Of a stretch of DNA of 64,000 nucleotides, positions 53,901 to 63,826 are shown one piece after another (position 1 is the first letter of the stretch; every line of letters begins with the position of its first letter). The notes below the pieces were generated by a model, which was not told the DNA's origin, made no database searches, and saw nothing but the letters and a program-made list of their open reading frames with translations. Both the position numbers and the translations under genes were made by a program. Source of the DNA: Botryllus schlosseri (Eukaryota); NCBI GenBank assembly GCA_051294905.1, contig CM119378.1, forward strand, positions 4,466,001-4,530,000, in the 5' to 3' direction.

Positions 53901-55157
53901 TATGGACATCATATTATTAGTTTTAAATACTGATGATATGTTTCGGGACAGAAAAAATATATGAATTTTCATACATATTTTTCCTTCTTTATTTCTGAGC
54001 TAAGAGTAATCATTACAAATTCCGTACCGGGGATCTTTCGAAGATTCCATAACTGCGCTGGATTCCCCACTCAACGTGACCGAATCGTCCTTACTTGGTT
54101 CACGTTCCCGGTATATCACCCATTTCACATATCTCTTGTTACCCTGTGAGTGTAAAGTTGAAATGTTAACATGCAAAAATCAAACTAACATAATTATTTA
54201 TCCAAATTCTATTGATCTCATGTAATTCCCATGCAGCTTTAAATATTATGCACTTACCACTTGAGTAATGTATAAAGATCCGCCCAGTAGCAAGTCACCT
54301 CCATTCCCGTCATCATTTGGTACGTTTATGAAAACTCCAGTCTGTTCATAGACATCCTGCAAAAAAAACAACTTTAATTAACAAATGCAGTAACAACCTA
54401 GACTTTGCTTGTATGGGATAGGAAATGGAGATAAATTGAGATGTTGCATGTTTTGATTTCAAGATTTCAGTTTATGTACAATATTTTTACCATGAATGAG
54501 CATTTAACAATTATAATCCAACATATTTATGCTTCAACAGAAAAGTTAACACCAAGGATTTCATTGAAATTTGGTACAAATAGAGTTTCAGGAATCAAAA
54601 TAGTTAAAAACATGAGCCAGAATTGATGAATATATATTGGTGAATTTAGAATGACGAAGGGAAGACGCCTTCAATCTAACTATCCATGTCAAGTGGCCCT
54701 GACCCTGCCTATTTGCCCAATTAATACAAAACTAAAAGCATGATACACATTCATCAGTTGTACCGAAGGTACAGGGAGCTTATTTGGCATGAACACCATT
54801 CAACTCGAATAACACTCATGCTCATGAACCTATATCATCATCATTTACTAATCGTTGATCAAATCAATACACCACCAGATAGCGATTTAATGAAAGGATA
54901 AAAATGAAAACTAGGGATATTGCAATATGTCGCATACACTATCCCTGCTAGTCCTTTTATGTTATCATTTATATCTTTTCATCCAGTGTGTCTGCCTCTT
55001 ATAAACATGCTCTTGGCCAAGGTGGGTGTCTGATTAAAAGACTATACTCCAAGACGTTTTGACATCTTCAGACTATATCTTTTCATTATATCGCAATTAT
55101 CTGATAAAATGACTGACTGATTCGTACCTCAAAAGAGTTACTATTATTGGAAGTCAT
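41994..55157 (-). CDS. TBC1D15: TBC domain Rab GTPase-activating protein, TBC1D15/TBC1D17 orthologue (15 coding exons, about 638 aa)
   Basis: Phase-compatible GT-AG exons: 55157-55128, 54356-54258, 54143-54028, 53113-52901, 51612-51478, 50934-50808, 50231-50031, 49098-48970, 48754-48651, 47392-47318, 47258-47122, 45822-45722, 44099-43902, 43204-43088, 42128-41994 (1917 nt). Motifs VYEQTGVFI, LPTFHFH, LRKELWKYLL, IEKDVIRTDR (Arg finger), GYVQGMSDL (Gln finger), YFCFRWMLIHFKREF, VLWTGLPCHNFHL, HINDLS. Confidence 0.93.
44160..44345 (-). mobile_element. LINE 3'-end fragment (family of 4110-4315), intronic
   Basis: ATCAGACACCCACCTGGCCTAGGCGATGTAAAAAGGAGG core. Confidence 0.6.
44575..45296. mobile_element. 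hAT-type MITE, intronic
   Basis: TIR CAGGGCCGGCCAACC / GGTTGGCCAGCCCTG; perfect TSD CTATAAAT. Confidence 0.92.
47474..47518 (+). ncRNA. Minimal type I hammerhead ribozyme motif, copy A (probably inactive)
   Basis: ACCC-CTGACGA-G(TGTCAGC)C-GAAA-ATAT-CC-AGGT; conserved U16.1 is changed to C. The surrounding insert is flanked by ATATTGACA at 47411-47419 and 47522-47530. Confidence 0.65.
48038..48545. mobile_element. MITE with (GAGTC)n repeats, family of 1282-1826, intronic
   Basis: Starts CAGGGTCGTAACCAAGTCAC, matching the reverse complement of the right end of 1282-1826. Confidence 0.75.
49193..49285. mobile_element. Inverted (hairpin) insertion of the hammerhead-retroposon 3' tail
   Basis: TTCTTGGAGGTACAGAACTTCAATA...TATTGAGGTTCTGTACCTCCAAGAA; 10-bp TSD TGAAGCGGAA at 49183-49192 and 49286-49295. 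Confidence 0.8.
49663..49880. mobile_element. Short MITE sharing TIRs with the 25271 family
   Basis: CAGAGGTGGTCA / TGACCACCTCTG; TSD CAATTGTA / GAAATGTA. Confidence 0.75.
49924..49974 (+). mobile_element. Very short 3'-tail insertion of the hammerhead-bearing retroposon
   Basis: CAATTGTATATTGAAGTTCTGTACCTCAAGAAGCT; perfect 13-bp TSD CAGAGATAGTTGT at 49911-49923 and 49975-49987. Confidence 0.8.
51831..51875 (+). ncRNA. Minimal type I hammerhead ribozyme motif, copy B (intact core)
   Basis: Stem I GACCT (51840-44) with GGGTT (51871-75); CTGACGA 51845-51; G52-C60 stem II with a 7-nt loop; GAAA 51861-64; palindromic stem III AATATT; UUC cleavage triplet ending at C51870. Confidence 0.78.
54960..55115 (+). 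mobile_element. LINE 3'-end fragment (family of 4110-4315), in TBC intron 1
   Basis: GGCCAAGGTGGGTGTCTGAT...GACTATACTCCAAG core. Confidence 0.55.
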
Positions 55158-55411
55158 AAATATCACAAAAGTCTACATGCGGAAATAGAATCGGTATCAA
55201 CGGCACGCTGGCTCAGTAATTCGCCCATGTCAACAGAAAGCCATAACCATTAACCAGAAGAATACTGTACATAGGACTTGCCTGGTAATCCATAGATCTT
55301 GGTAATCCGACAAGTTACCAGTACAATATTCCAATACAAATCCTTATCGCGCAATTTATTGCCAATGTTAAATCCCTGCTTATCAACAAAGAATGTAATG
55401 CGTGCAGCGAT

Positions 55412-56431
55412 GGTTGCCAGTAAACTCGCCCCAAAGTAAATTCGGCCCGTCGAATTCGGCCCTCGGTCACTTCGGCCGTCGGTGAATTCGGCCCTCGGTA
55501 AATTCGGCCCTCGGTAAATTCGGCCAGGGCCAGAGTAACAACAACAGTTACAATACCATTATCTAACCTGAACCCTAACCCTAATCCTAACCCTAATCCT
55601 AACCTAACCTAACCCTAACCCTAACCTAACCCTAATCCTAATCGTAATCCTAACCTAACCCTAATCCTAACCCTAACGCTAATCCTAACCCTAAACCTAA
55701 CCCCTAACCTCCAAATCACTTGATAATATTATAATTATGTAATATACTACACATTATTAGTTAGTAGTTATTAGTAGGTTTAGGGTTACGATTAGCGTTA
55801 GGGTTAGGATTAGCGTTAGGGTTAGGATTAGGGTTAGGGTTAGGGTTAGGTTAGGTTTAGGATTAGGCTAGAATTAGGGTTAGGATTAATGTTAGGGTTC
55901 AGGTTAGATAATATTATAATTATGTATTATAATACACATTATTAGTTCGTAATAAAATTTCACACAATGTTCTCCGAGGGCCGAATATACCGATTGAATT
56001 CGGCTGCCGGTAAATTTGGCCCCGTAAACATCGGCATATATATATACATATATATATTTATACGCATACCCTGTTCTCCAAATCACTTGATAATAATATA
56101 ATTATGAAATTAATTCACATTAATAGTTGGTAATACATTTTTATACAAAATTCTCCGAGGGCAGAATTGACCGAGTAACCAGTGAATTGACCGGTGAATT
56201 CGGCCGTCGGTAAATTCGGTCCCCGTGAATATCCGCGCTATCTCCCGTGATTACGCGATCTACGCATACCCTGACATCCAAATCACTTAATAATAGTATA
56301 ATTATGTAATTAATTCATGTTAACGGTTGGTAATACGTTTTAATACAATATTCTCGGTGGGCCGAATTTACTGATGTGATGGCCGAATTTGCCTGGGCCG
56401 AATTTACTTTGGGGCGAGTTTACTGGCAACC
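55412..56431. mobile_element. Foldback/MITE-like DNA element with 37-bp perfect TIRs and internal telomere-like repeats
   Basis: TIR GGTTGCCAGTAAACTCGCCCCAAAGTAAATTCGGCCC and its exact reverse complement at the right end; AATTCGGCC subterminal repeats; (CCCTAA/TCCTAA)n at ~55565-55710 and (TTAGGG/TTAGGA)n at ~55777-55905; flanks GCAGCGAT / GCAGCGCGAT. Confidence 0.88.
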
Positions 56432-56470
56432 GCAGCGCGATCATGCGAGCTCAATGTTTTTGTTTGTTCA

Positions 56471-56487
56471 TGACGTCACATCACGTG
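56471..56487. promoter_or_regulatory. Adjacent CRE (TGACGTCA) and E-box (CACGTG) between the divergent genes
   Basis: TGACGTCA 56471-56478 and CACGTG 56482-56487, followed by a donor-like GTGAGT at 56544. Motif match only. Confidence 0.35.
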
Positions 56488-57129
56488 CCCTCGTGATACG
56501 CAATTCGCTCCCGTGACCGATTTTCACAGACGACCAGAGTGGAGTGAGTATTCCGAATGATATATATATAATATATCATATATCATTGGTATTCCACATG
56601 ATTATGATTTGGAAGGGATTCGGGGCGGATCATGCGATATGCAATATTAAGTTTGGCTGGCATTCGGATCTTTCATGGCCTAACTTGGGAAAAATTCGAA
56701 TTCTAGTGGTAACATTGGTACCGCAACTGGTCGTTTCAGCAGCTCATATAATTATGTTCATTACATCGCTTTTGTTTGCATTGTACATTGTGTGTGTTGA
56801 GCGTATAAAAACATTATTTGATGATCATTACATTATCATCACATCTTCACATTGCATTGGTACCAAAATTATTCTGCTTCCAATCAAATGACTCTTTGGC
56901 GCTAAAGGTGTCATAATCATAATCGCGATCAGCTGTTCTATTATTTTACTCCGCTCAAGCATAGATAACTAGCCTTCGTAGGTTAATTATCTATGGTTCA
57001 AGATAGGCCTACCAACACGAAATTCGCAATAAGGGAAATGCGCAATACACGACACAATGCGATGTACTAAATAAATACAGTCCATCCTCAAGATTACCGG
57101 ACCACGACTGACCTATCGATCTCGCTTCC

Positions 57130-57620
57130 CATGACATGCCGCCCTATTTCTTGTCGCATTCTTCTTCTATACTATCTTCTTTACTTTTATTCAGTGTGCA
57201 TGCCTCCTCTTTACATCGCCTAGGCCAAGGTGGGTGTTAGATTCCATAGACTACTCCTTGTCGCATCGACATCTTCCTGTCTTTTCATTGTATCGCATTT
57301 TTGTGGTGTATTGAACTGATAAAATTGCTAATAAACCAATGATGATGATGATGTAATGAGCAGATAGGCGGATCTCGGAACAGTCAAAACGACGACGACC
57401 TGACATGCCGATCTCGCGTTCCGTGCCACCTTGTGCGCCTGAGCAATGCACACTGCACAGTGCACAGTGTGCAATGTGCATTGTGCAAGCCCCTCTTTAC
57501 ATCTCGCAGGCCCGGGTGTGAGTGTCTGATTTCAAAGACTACTCCAAGTTTCGACACATTCCTATCTTTTCATTGTATCGCAGTCTTATTGAGTTTAGAA
57601 ATGATGAAATTTTTAATAAA
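57130..57620 (+). mobile_element. Two tandem LINE 3'-end fragments (about 57130-57353 and 57445-57620)
   Basis: CCTCTTTACATCGCCTAGGCC...GGGTGT core twice; the first ends AATAAACC plus (ATG)n. Confidence 0.6.
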
Positions 57621-58055
57621 CGGCGATACTTATTCCAATCTTGGTGGTGTATTGATCTGATACAATTGGTATTAAACTGAACTGAAAAAAATCCAGGTTA
57701 TATCCGTTTCGAAGGGGTAACAACTTAATGATGTTATACGCAATCTACCTAGAACACAATTTATGTAGCCTACTACGCACTTACCATAAATTCCAATTTT
57801 GTGACAATGGCGTACATAACGTCCAGGGATATCTATCCTTGATAACGACGCGTATTGTTCGACCTACGGCTTCTTGATCCAGAACATTGACCTGTTAGGA
57901 TTAGATGATGCGACTGCTTTCCTTTTATAAGCGCGACATCCGCCATGCGTAAAATTGAGGGGAGCGTGTATTTGAAATGCTGTTACGATACATATCCATA
58001 TGTTGGCCTGGGTATATATATAATTGAACAATATATCATATATGTATATTGAAAT

Positions 58056-58101
58056 AAACCCAAATATTTTCGGATAAAACTCGTCAGGGGTAATGTCAGC
58101 A
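58056..58101 (-). ncRNA. Minimal type I hammerhead ribozyme motif, copy D
   Basis: Minus strand reads GCTGACATT-ACCC-CTGACGA-G(TTTTATC)C-GAAA-ATAT-TT-GGGT; perfect stem I ACCC/GGGT; UUU triplet. Confidence 0.72.
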
Positions 58102-58641
58102 ATTTGTTGAGAATTCAAAAGAGCTTTGAACGCAGTGATGATAATTGGATATGACTTATCTGCACAGCTGCATCATAATTAATTTGTTCACCACTTTACA
58201 ACTTCAATAAATCAAAAATTGATAACACTCTCCAAATGGAACGTTACGCGTAACGTTGGTTTCATTTCTATTGTATGCGATTATTTCAGAAAGATAAAAC
58301 AAATCTTCAAGTGCTAGAAAAACAAAAGGCTTTCTCATACAATTGAGTTTCTAAAATAGTCAAGTCCAATGTCGATATATTTCCCTTCCCATGCCAAAGT
58401 CGATAATTGCTTCGACGGGAGAGTTCTAAATTGCAGATGTTCGGTAATGATGAAGAATGGCAAGAGCGTATCGAGTGTTTCTAATCTGAGATATCATATC
58501 ATAAGAAACTTCACAACTAGTATCGTCTTGATTTCCAGGCAGGTATTTGTCAAGTTGATGTTGAGGGAACCAACAGTCCATCTTACTAGGAGTTATTTTC
58601 CTTGATCTTCTGATATATAGTCTGCTCCAGTAGCGGTTGAT

Positions 58642-61600
58642 ATGGATAGTGGGTGTAGAAGGGAAGTACGCAAAAACATACATTGGAAGAACAAGTTCTC
58701 CGCCGATTTTGAAAGAAGCACATATAGAAACGAAGACCATTTTATGCGAAAGCAATTATCAACAGAGAATGAAATTGCAAGGCCGATGAGTCGTTGTAGC
58801 GGAATGGTAGATAATCACAACGGACCGATCGAAGAATCGTTTCGCAAATATCTCTACATCGATGACGTACCTAACGATGAGACGAATTCAAAATTTAATT
58901 ATTGGAGGCCGTCGTATAACAGAGGGTGCGATTCAGGAGTAGAATCGTGCGCTTCGATTTCGAGGTCGTGCTCCTATGACTCTGTTTCGTCCGCCAGCAC
59001 GTCAAATAAATCTTGTCTGCACGAGGGTAAGAGCGATGCCGTATATAAAATGAAAGTGAGGTAGATGTCGATGCTTTTCATCATACCCCCTCAATTATAT
59101 CAAGCATTAAGGTACTTTTGTGCGGCAGGTCAATAAAAAATATATTGTGTCATCGTGTAACGATGTCGACGGCATGATTAAGTTGAAGCCGACTGAAGTG
59201 CTAAATGCTTCAGTGGTTGGGGATATTTTATATTGCTGCTCAGTGCCCATATTAATCCGATTATATGGAATGGTATCACTAAAAATTCCCGGGACTAATG
59301 TTGCATATTTGTGTAAATCATCTTGTAAGCAGCCACATCAACGTCTCTTATATTGTCACGGGCCCATATGTAGCCTACTTATTGGTATCAAGAGGGGTCA
59401 CTTAGCTTGACTATATTAAGAAATGTTATCGCCCAAACTCCGTATTGAAGCATATGCACCATATTCACACAATAAACTTTCACTAAGTGATTGTAAATGT
59501 ATATTTCACCAATTAAAATCACTTATAATAACACACCATTCATCAATATTAATTATATATATGTTGAACAACGAAGATCGTAGGCGGTGCATGTATCAGT
59601 ATCACCTGTAGCAGTTTTGTGCAACCAGTATATACCTCGTTTTCCTTCCTACAATGAATATTTGGGAGGGATTGTATACTCCTCTGCACTTTTCCTTCAT
59701 AACATTGTATACTATTCACAGACTCATCCCTATCTCGTGCCATTTCAGAAAAAGTTGCAGTTGATTCCACTCTGCAACGATGGGAATTACCAACATTAAA
59801 AGAACAACTAGCTATTATTCAGCAGGTATATACTATGTCGTATGTCTACGCTGGTTAATCCAACGATAATCTGCAATAGTTGAAAAGAGAATGTCTATTT
59901 TCGTATATTCTACAGGTGGAATATTATTTTTCGGATGACTATTTGGCGAGAGACGCGTATTTTCTCAGACAAATTCGCCGAAAGAGAGAAGGCTACCTAA
60001 GCATGAGACTTATTACAAATTTTAAAAAGGTCAGTCACCATTTCCGGGGAATATTGAGTGTTTCCAACAATGTTTATAGACTAATGCTACGATCGTTTTG
60101 CCATTAAGCTAATCAGATTTTAAATTTCTATATTCTTAACATTAGTAGGTTATAATGAATCATGAAATTCATCTTACGATCTCTCCGTTACAGATCCGCA
60201 AGATGGTTTCCGACCCGCGGATAACAGCCTACTCCCTGCGTAAATCAAAACTTCTGCAGGTAAACCGCGAAGGCACAAAAGTCCGAAGGATAGCAGAAGT
60301 GCAATGGAACACCAAAAGGTAATGGTTTAGGAACTGCTAGGTGTATGATATCCTGGATTTTAATATTGTGTAGCTTGTAACTATATTAGGCCAATCGATT
60401 TAATAGACACGCCAAACATATTTCGCGTGGATGTAGCGTTAGAATCCCAGAGTAAGATAAAAATACAACTTACATTGCAGCGGTAGCTCGATATAAATAC
60501 CCGTTAGGCCTGTAGCCACTGGCCACACGTAACTTATATATTTATAATGAGAAACGTTTTGTGACAATTCTTTGATAGCGTGCCTAGATGTATAGCTTCT
60601 ATGAGCAACATACGTTTCCAACATTTCAGAATTCTGCAACAATGCGAAATTTTGGTCATCGGCATCCCGGCACATTTAGCTAAAATAGAAACGGTGATGG
60701 CAATATTCTCGCGGTTTGGGGATATGACGTCGGTTCATTTGATACGCCCTGATAGAGAAAACTGGTCGAGTTCAACTTATGCGAAACGATTCCGCTCCAA
60801 GCTGATGTCTTGCGCATTGGAGGACGAGTGCCGTGATCAGCTCTGCTCCGTGATTGAATTTCAAGACCACGAAGCGGCGGCGGAAGCTTGCCAATCAATG
60901 GCATCCGCTGGTAAAGATTATGGGTTCTCTAAGGTATGCATCGATTAAACTTTTATGTCAGTTCCGAAAACCATTACGAAGAGCTTCTGGGAGGTACAGA
61001 ACTTCGATATACAATTGAATAATATATATTCATGTTGAACTAAACCAGAATATCTCCGGCTGACAAGTCAGGGGTAGTCGTCAGCAACTATATAGAATGG
61101 GAATGTATATCAACAATAGCATCGCCTATTTATGACGTCAAGAGCAGTAAAACCATTATATAAGTATATTACAAATCTGCAAAGCACAAAAATCAAAATA
61201 TTGTCCCAACATTTAACGCTGAACTAAACCAGACATCAAATGTCCTCTTCGATTTCTGGGTTAAGCGTATCCCAACTATATGTTCTTCGAAGAATCATGC
61301 AGTGCCCGAATATGTAACCACGATGTCTTTCTACAGGTTATTCTGGCCGGTAACGGTGAGTCAAAACCGTATTTCGGCAATCCCGATTCTCCAAAGAAAC
61401 ACGAGACGAAGCCTAGTGACCTGGACTGGAGAACGCCAACTCCCGTTCCATATGAAGCAAAAGGGATATTCAACTCAGAATCGCAATTACGTACACAAAT
61501 TCCCGATAAAGAGCAAATATCGGACGACGCTTGGATTCAAAATGTCGTAAATCAGGTGCTGCAACAAACTCACAAGCAGACAAGCGCCGACTACAATGAG

Positions 61601-61675
61601 GTGAAAGCAAAATGCGTTTCATCGAGTGATTACCAAGAAGCTGGAAATGACTATATGTTATTGCACGCATCTTAA
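58642..61675 (+). CDS. LARP6: La-related protein 6-like RNA-binding protein (La motif + RRM; 6 coding exons, about 447-456 aa)
   Basis: Phase-compatible exons 58642-59026, 59749 (or 59722)-59825, 59916-60029, 60194-60318, 60630-60933, 61337-61675. La motif WELPT...QQVEYYFSDDYLARDAYFLRQIRRKREGYLSMRLITNFKK...LQVNREGTKVRR; RRM IFSRFGDMTSVHLIRP...CSVIEFQDHEAA. Confidence 0.85.
60977..61148 (-). mobile_element. Hammerhead-bearing retroposon, copy C (core decayed), in a LARP6 intron
   Basis: Minus strand GCTGACGACTACCCCTGAC-TTGTCAGCCGGAGATATTCTGG...GAAGTTCTGTACCTCCCAGAAGCTCTT; 10-bp TSD AAAACCATTA at 60967-60976 and 61149-61158. Confidence 0.78.
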
Positions 61676-62023
61676 ATCGCAAATAATGTAGTACCTGCTT
61701 GAACAATCTGTTACATGTTATCTATACTTCACTATACTTCATATACTGAATAATCTATTTATCCGATAATAACGTTGTGGAATTTTACATCGCAACTTCA
61801 CTATTTACGTATGAAATTCCCGTAACGAGGTGACATTCCTGATAGCGTATAATTGCACCCAGAGTGATCATGAACGCCAAGTTGGACCAAATAAAACATG
61901 TCAAAAATGGTGCATTATTCGGTCATTGCTTCATTTGCGAACCTTCAAATTTTAGTCATCAGCAGACACTTTCGTCAGATATAATGCCGCAAAATTGTAA
62001 CTGGTGTCACAAGTTGCTGTTTG

Positions 62024-62290
62024 TGGTATTCATGGTGTTTGTCGACTACTATGGTGGTCTTTTACACCAGCAGGCCGATATTCGTTATTTTTGATTCCGT
62101 ATCTGCCGACTTGTAGCGCGGCCGACTTCTAGGCTTTTTGTAAGACACCGTTTACGCGGATGAGATGGCGAGGAGGAGCCTATAGATAAACCTCCAACAC
62201 TTAGGAATTCAGGAGTCGACCGCGGTCGGACTCGAATCCAAAACCCATTGGTGTTGTAGCTGTGGATGCGGATTATACCACTACGCTATC
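62024..62290 (-). mobile_element. tRNA-derived SINE, family B
   Basis: Minus strand GATAGCGTAGTGG (A box) and GATTCGAGTCC (B box); body matches 28995-29228. Confidence 0.72.
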
Positions 62291-62959
62291 TCGCTACTTG
62301 GTGTCAGCAGCCATTCTTCGATAAATTTTTGGCTCTAGTCAAGTCTGTTCATTTTAATTTAGTCATCAAATCAAGTCCAAGTGCTGTCCAGTGTCCAGTC
62401 CATACGAGAAGTCGACTCCAAGTACGACTCGCCTCACTCTATGGCGAGATAAAAAGTATCGCATTCGTCGTGAGGCGTATTTATTGTTCATTTGGCGACA
62501 AACAAGATAATTCAGAATGAAATTTACATAGCGTTTATATTTCGGCATTTACGTGAATCAGCGTCAGCTTCTACAGCAGTTTACTGAATATATCGGCGAA
62601 ACATAAATTATACAGTTGACATCACAATCATCATCATCATCATCATCGATGTTATCTATGGAAATTACCACGCTTCAACGGTTGGATAAATCTTGACGTC
62701 TGTTCATTGCTATCCGCCGAAGTCGCTTTTCTACTTTTCTAGACTAGGAACTGACACTATCGGCGATATTGCCCTCACGATTCTTGTCGATTAGCGGATA
62801 GACCTTACCAAGTGACCAACGGTCTACTGCACTTTGACGGAATTGAACACAATGAAATAATCAGAAACCGAATTTCGTAGGCTACGCTTTATTGCTACTG
62901 CTATAGACTTAGGAGTATAGTATGACACGATACATACTCATTACTCAGTACCTATAGTT

Positions 62960-63328
62960 TAGTCTTACCATATTTTGGAAATCTAAAAAGAGGACACTTT
63001 TTCAGAAAGTTCAGACATGCAAAACCGGAGAAGAATTCTCAAAAACCGGTAAATTTTTCCCACTTCGTGATCGGTTGACTAAAAAAAAAAGGTCATCTTT
63101 TCGCTCAGAGCTAAAATCACCGTTTTTCACTCCGAAATACCCGCCGGAGCTTAACTTCTGTGCTAATTTGCGGCATATCACTCGCAATTTCCTCTAAATC
63201 TGACCTAAATTTTCAAAAAAGAGGACAAAATCTCAAAAAAGAGGACAAAAGGGCGTCCTCCGAGGACACTTTCAAAAAAGTCAAAAAAGAGGACAAATCC
63301 TCTTAAAAGAGGACGTATGGTAAGCCTA
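62960..63328. mobile_element. hAT-type MITE with GAGGAC repeats
   Basis: TAGTCTTACCATA / TATGGTAAGCCTA; perfect TSD CTATAGTT. Confidence 0.88.
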
Positions 63329-63426
63329 CTATAGTTAATATATAGCCTACAAACACAGCACCATTTCGTTTCTTATTCACAGTCATTTAATAATAACCGA
63401 TTAAAGGAAATATGCATATAGCTATG

Positions 63427-63826
63427 CTATAGTCGTTTAAAGGCTGTATCTAATGCCTCATGTATTACTGATATAACGCACTTAGATAAGTTGCGTAAGT
63501 TCAGACTATAGTCATTGAAACGTAAACTTTGTAAAGCGCGATTGCTGTACGCACCATGTCCCTGTACAATTCCCGAAACTCCATATTTATAGATAGCGAT
63601 CCCTGCGATAACTGTCGAAGACGTAAGAATAATCGTTGACGCAATTATTTCTCTCTTGACCTTGCGAAATACTGCATGGGTATTCATCAAGAAATGTATC
63701 AGTGAACTCTACGTTTTTGTTCTTGTGAGGGAAGGGTTCGTCCGGAACCGTTACGCCGAGAAATTCAAACAAAGGGCCCCAGCCATCAGTGCATTTAAAC
63801 ACCAGAAGTTTGTCTTTGGGCGCGTT
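63427..63826 (-). pseudogene. Last exon of a P-loop sulfotransferase-like (Sulfotransfer_4-type) gene with an apparent +1 frameshift; rest of the gene is outside the window
   Basis: Acceptor TTTCAG at 63827-28, then NAPKDKLLVFKCTDGWGPLFEFLGVTVPDEPFPHKN, matching the family C-terminal motif (P.dkLLv....dGWepLc.FLg...P..pFP..N). The hydrophobic tail continues in another frame (ORF 63427..63690). Confidence 0.7.

Noticed and set aside
55565..55905. Telomere-telomere fusion site or true telomere
   Set aside because: Order is CCCTAA then TTAGGG (opposite to a fusion), the repeats are degenerate, and they are enclosed by transposon TIRs.
59587..59721. Extra LARP6 exon from ORF 59587..59799
   Set aside because: That frame differs from the one leading into the La motif and ends in a stop.
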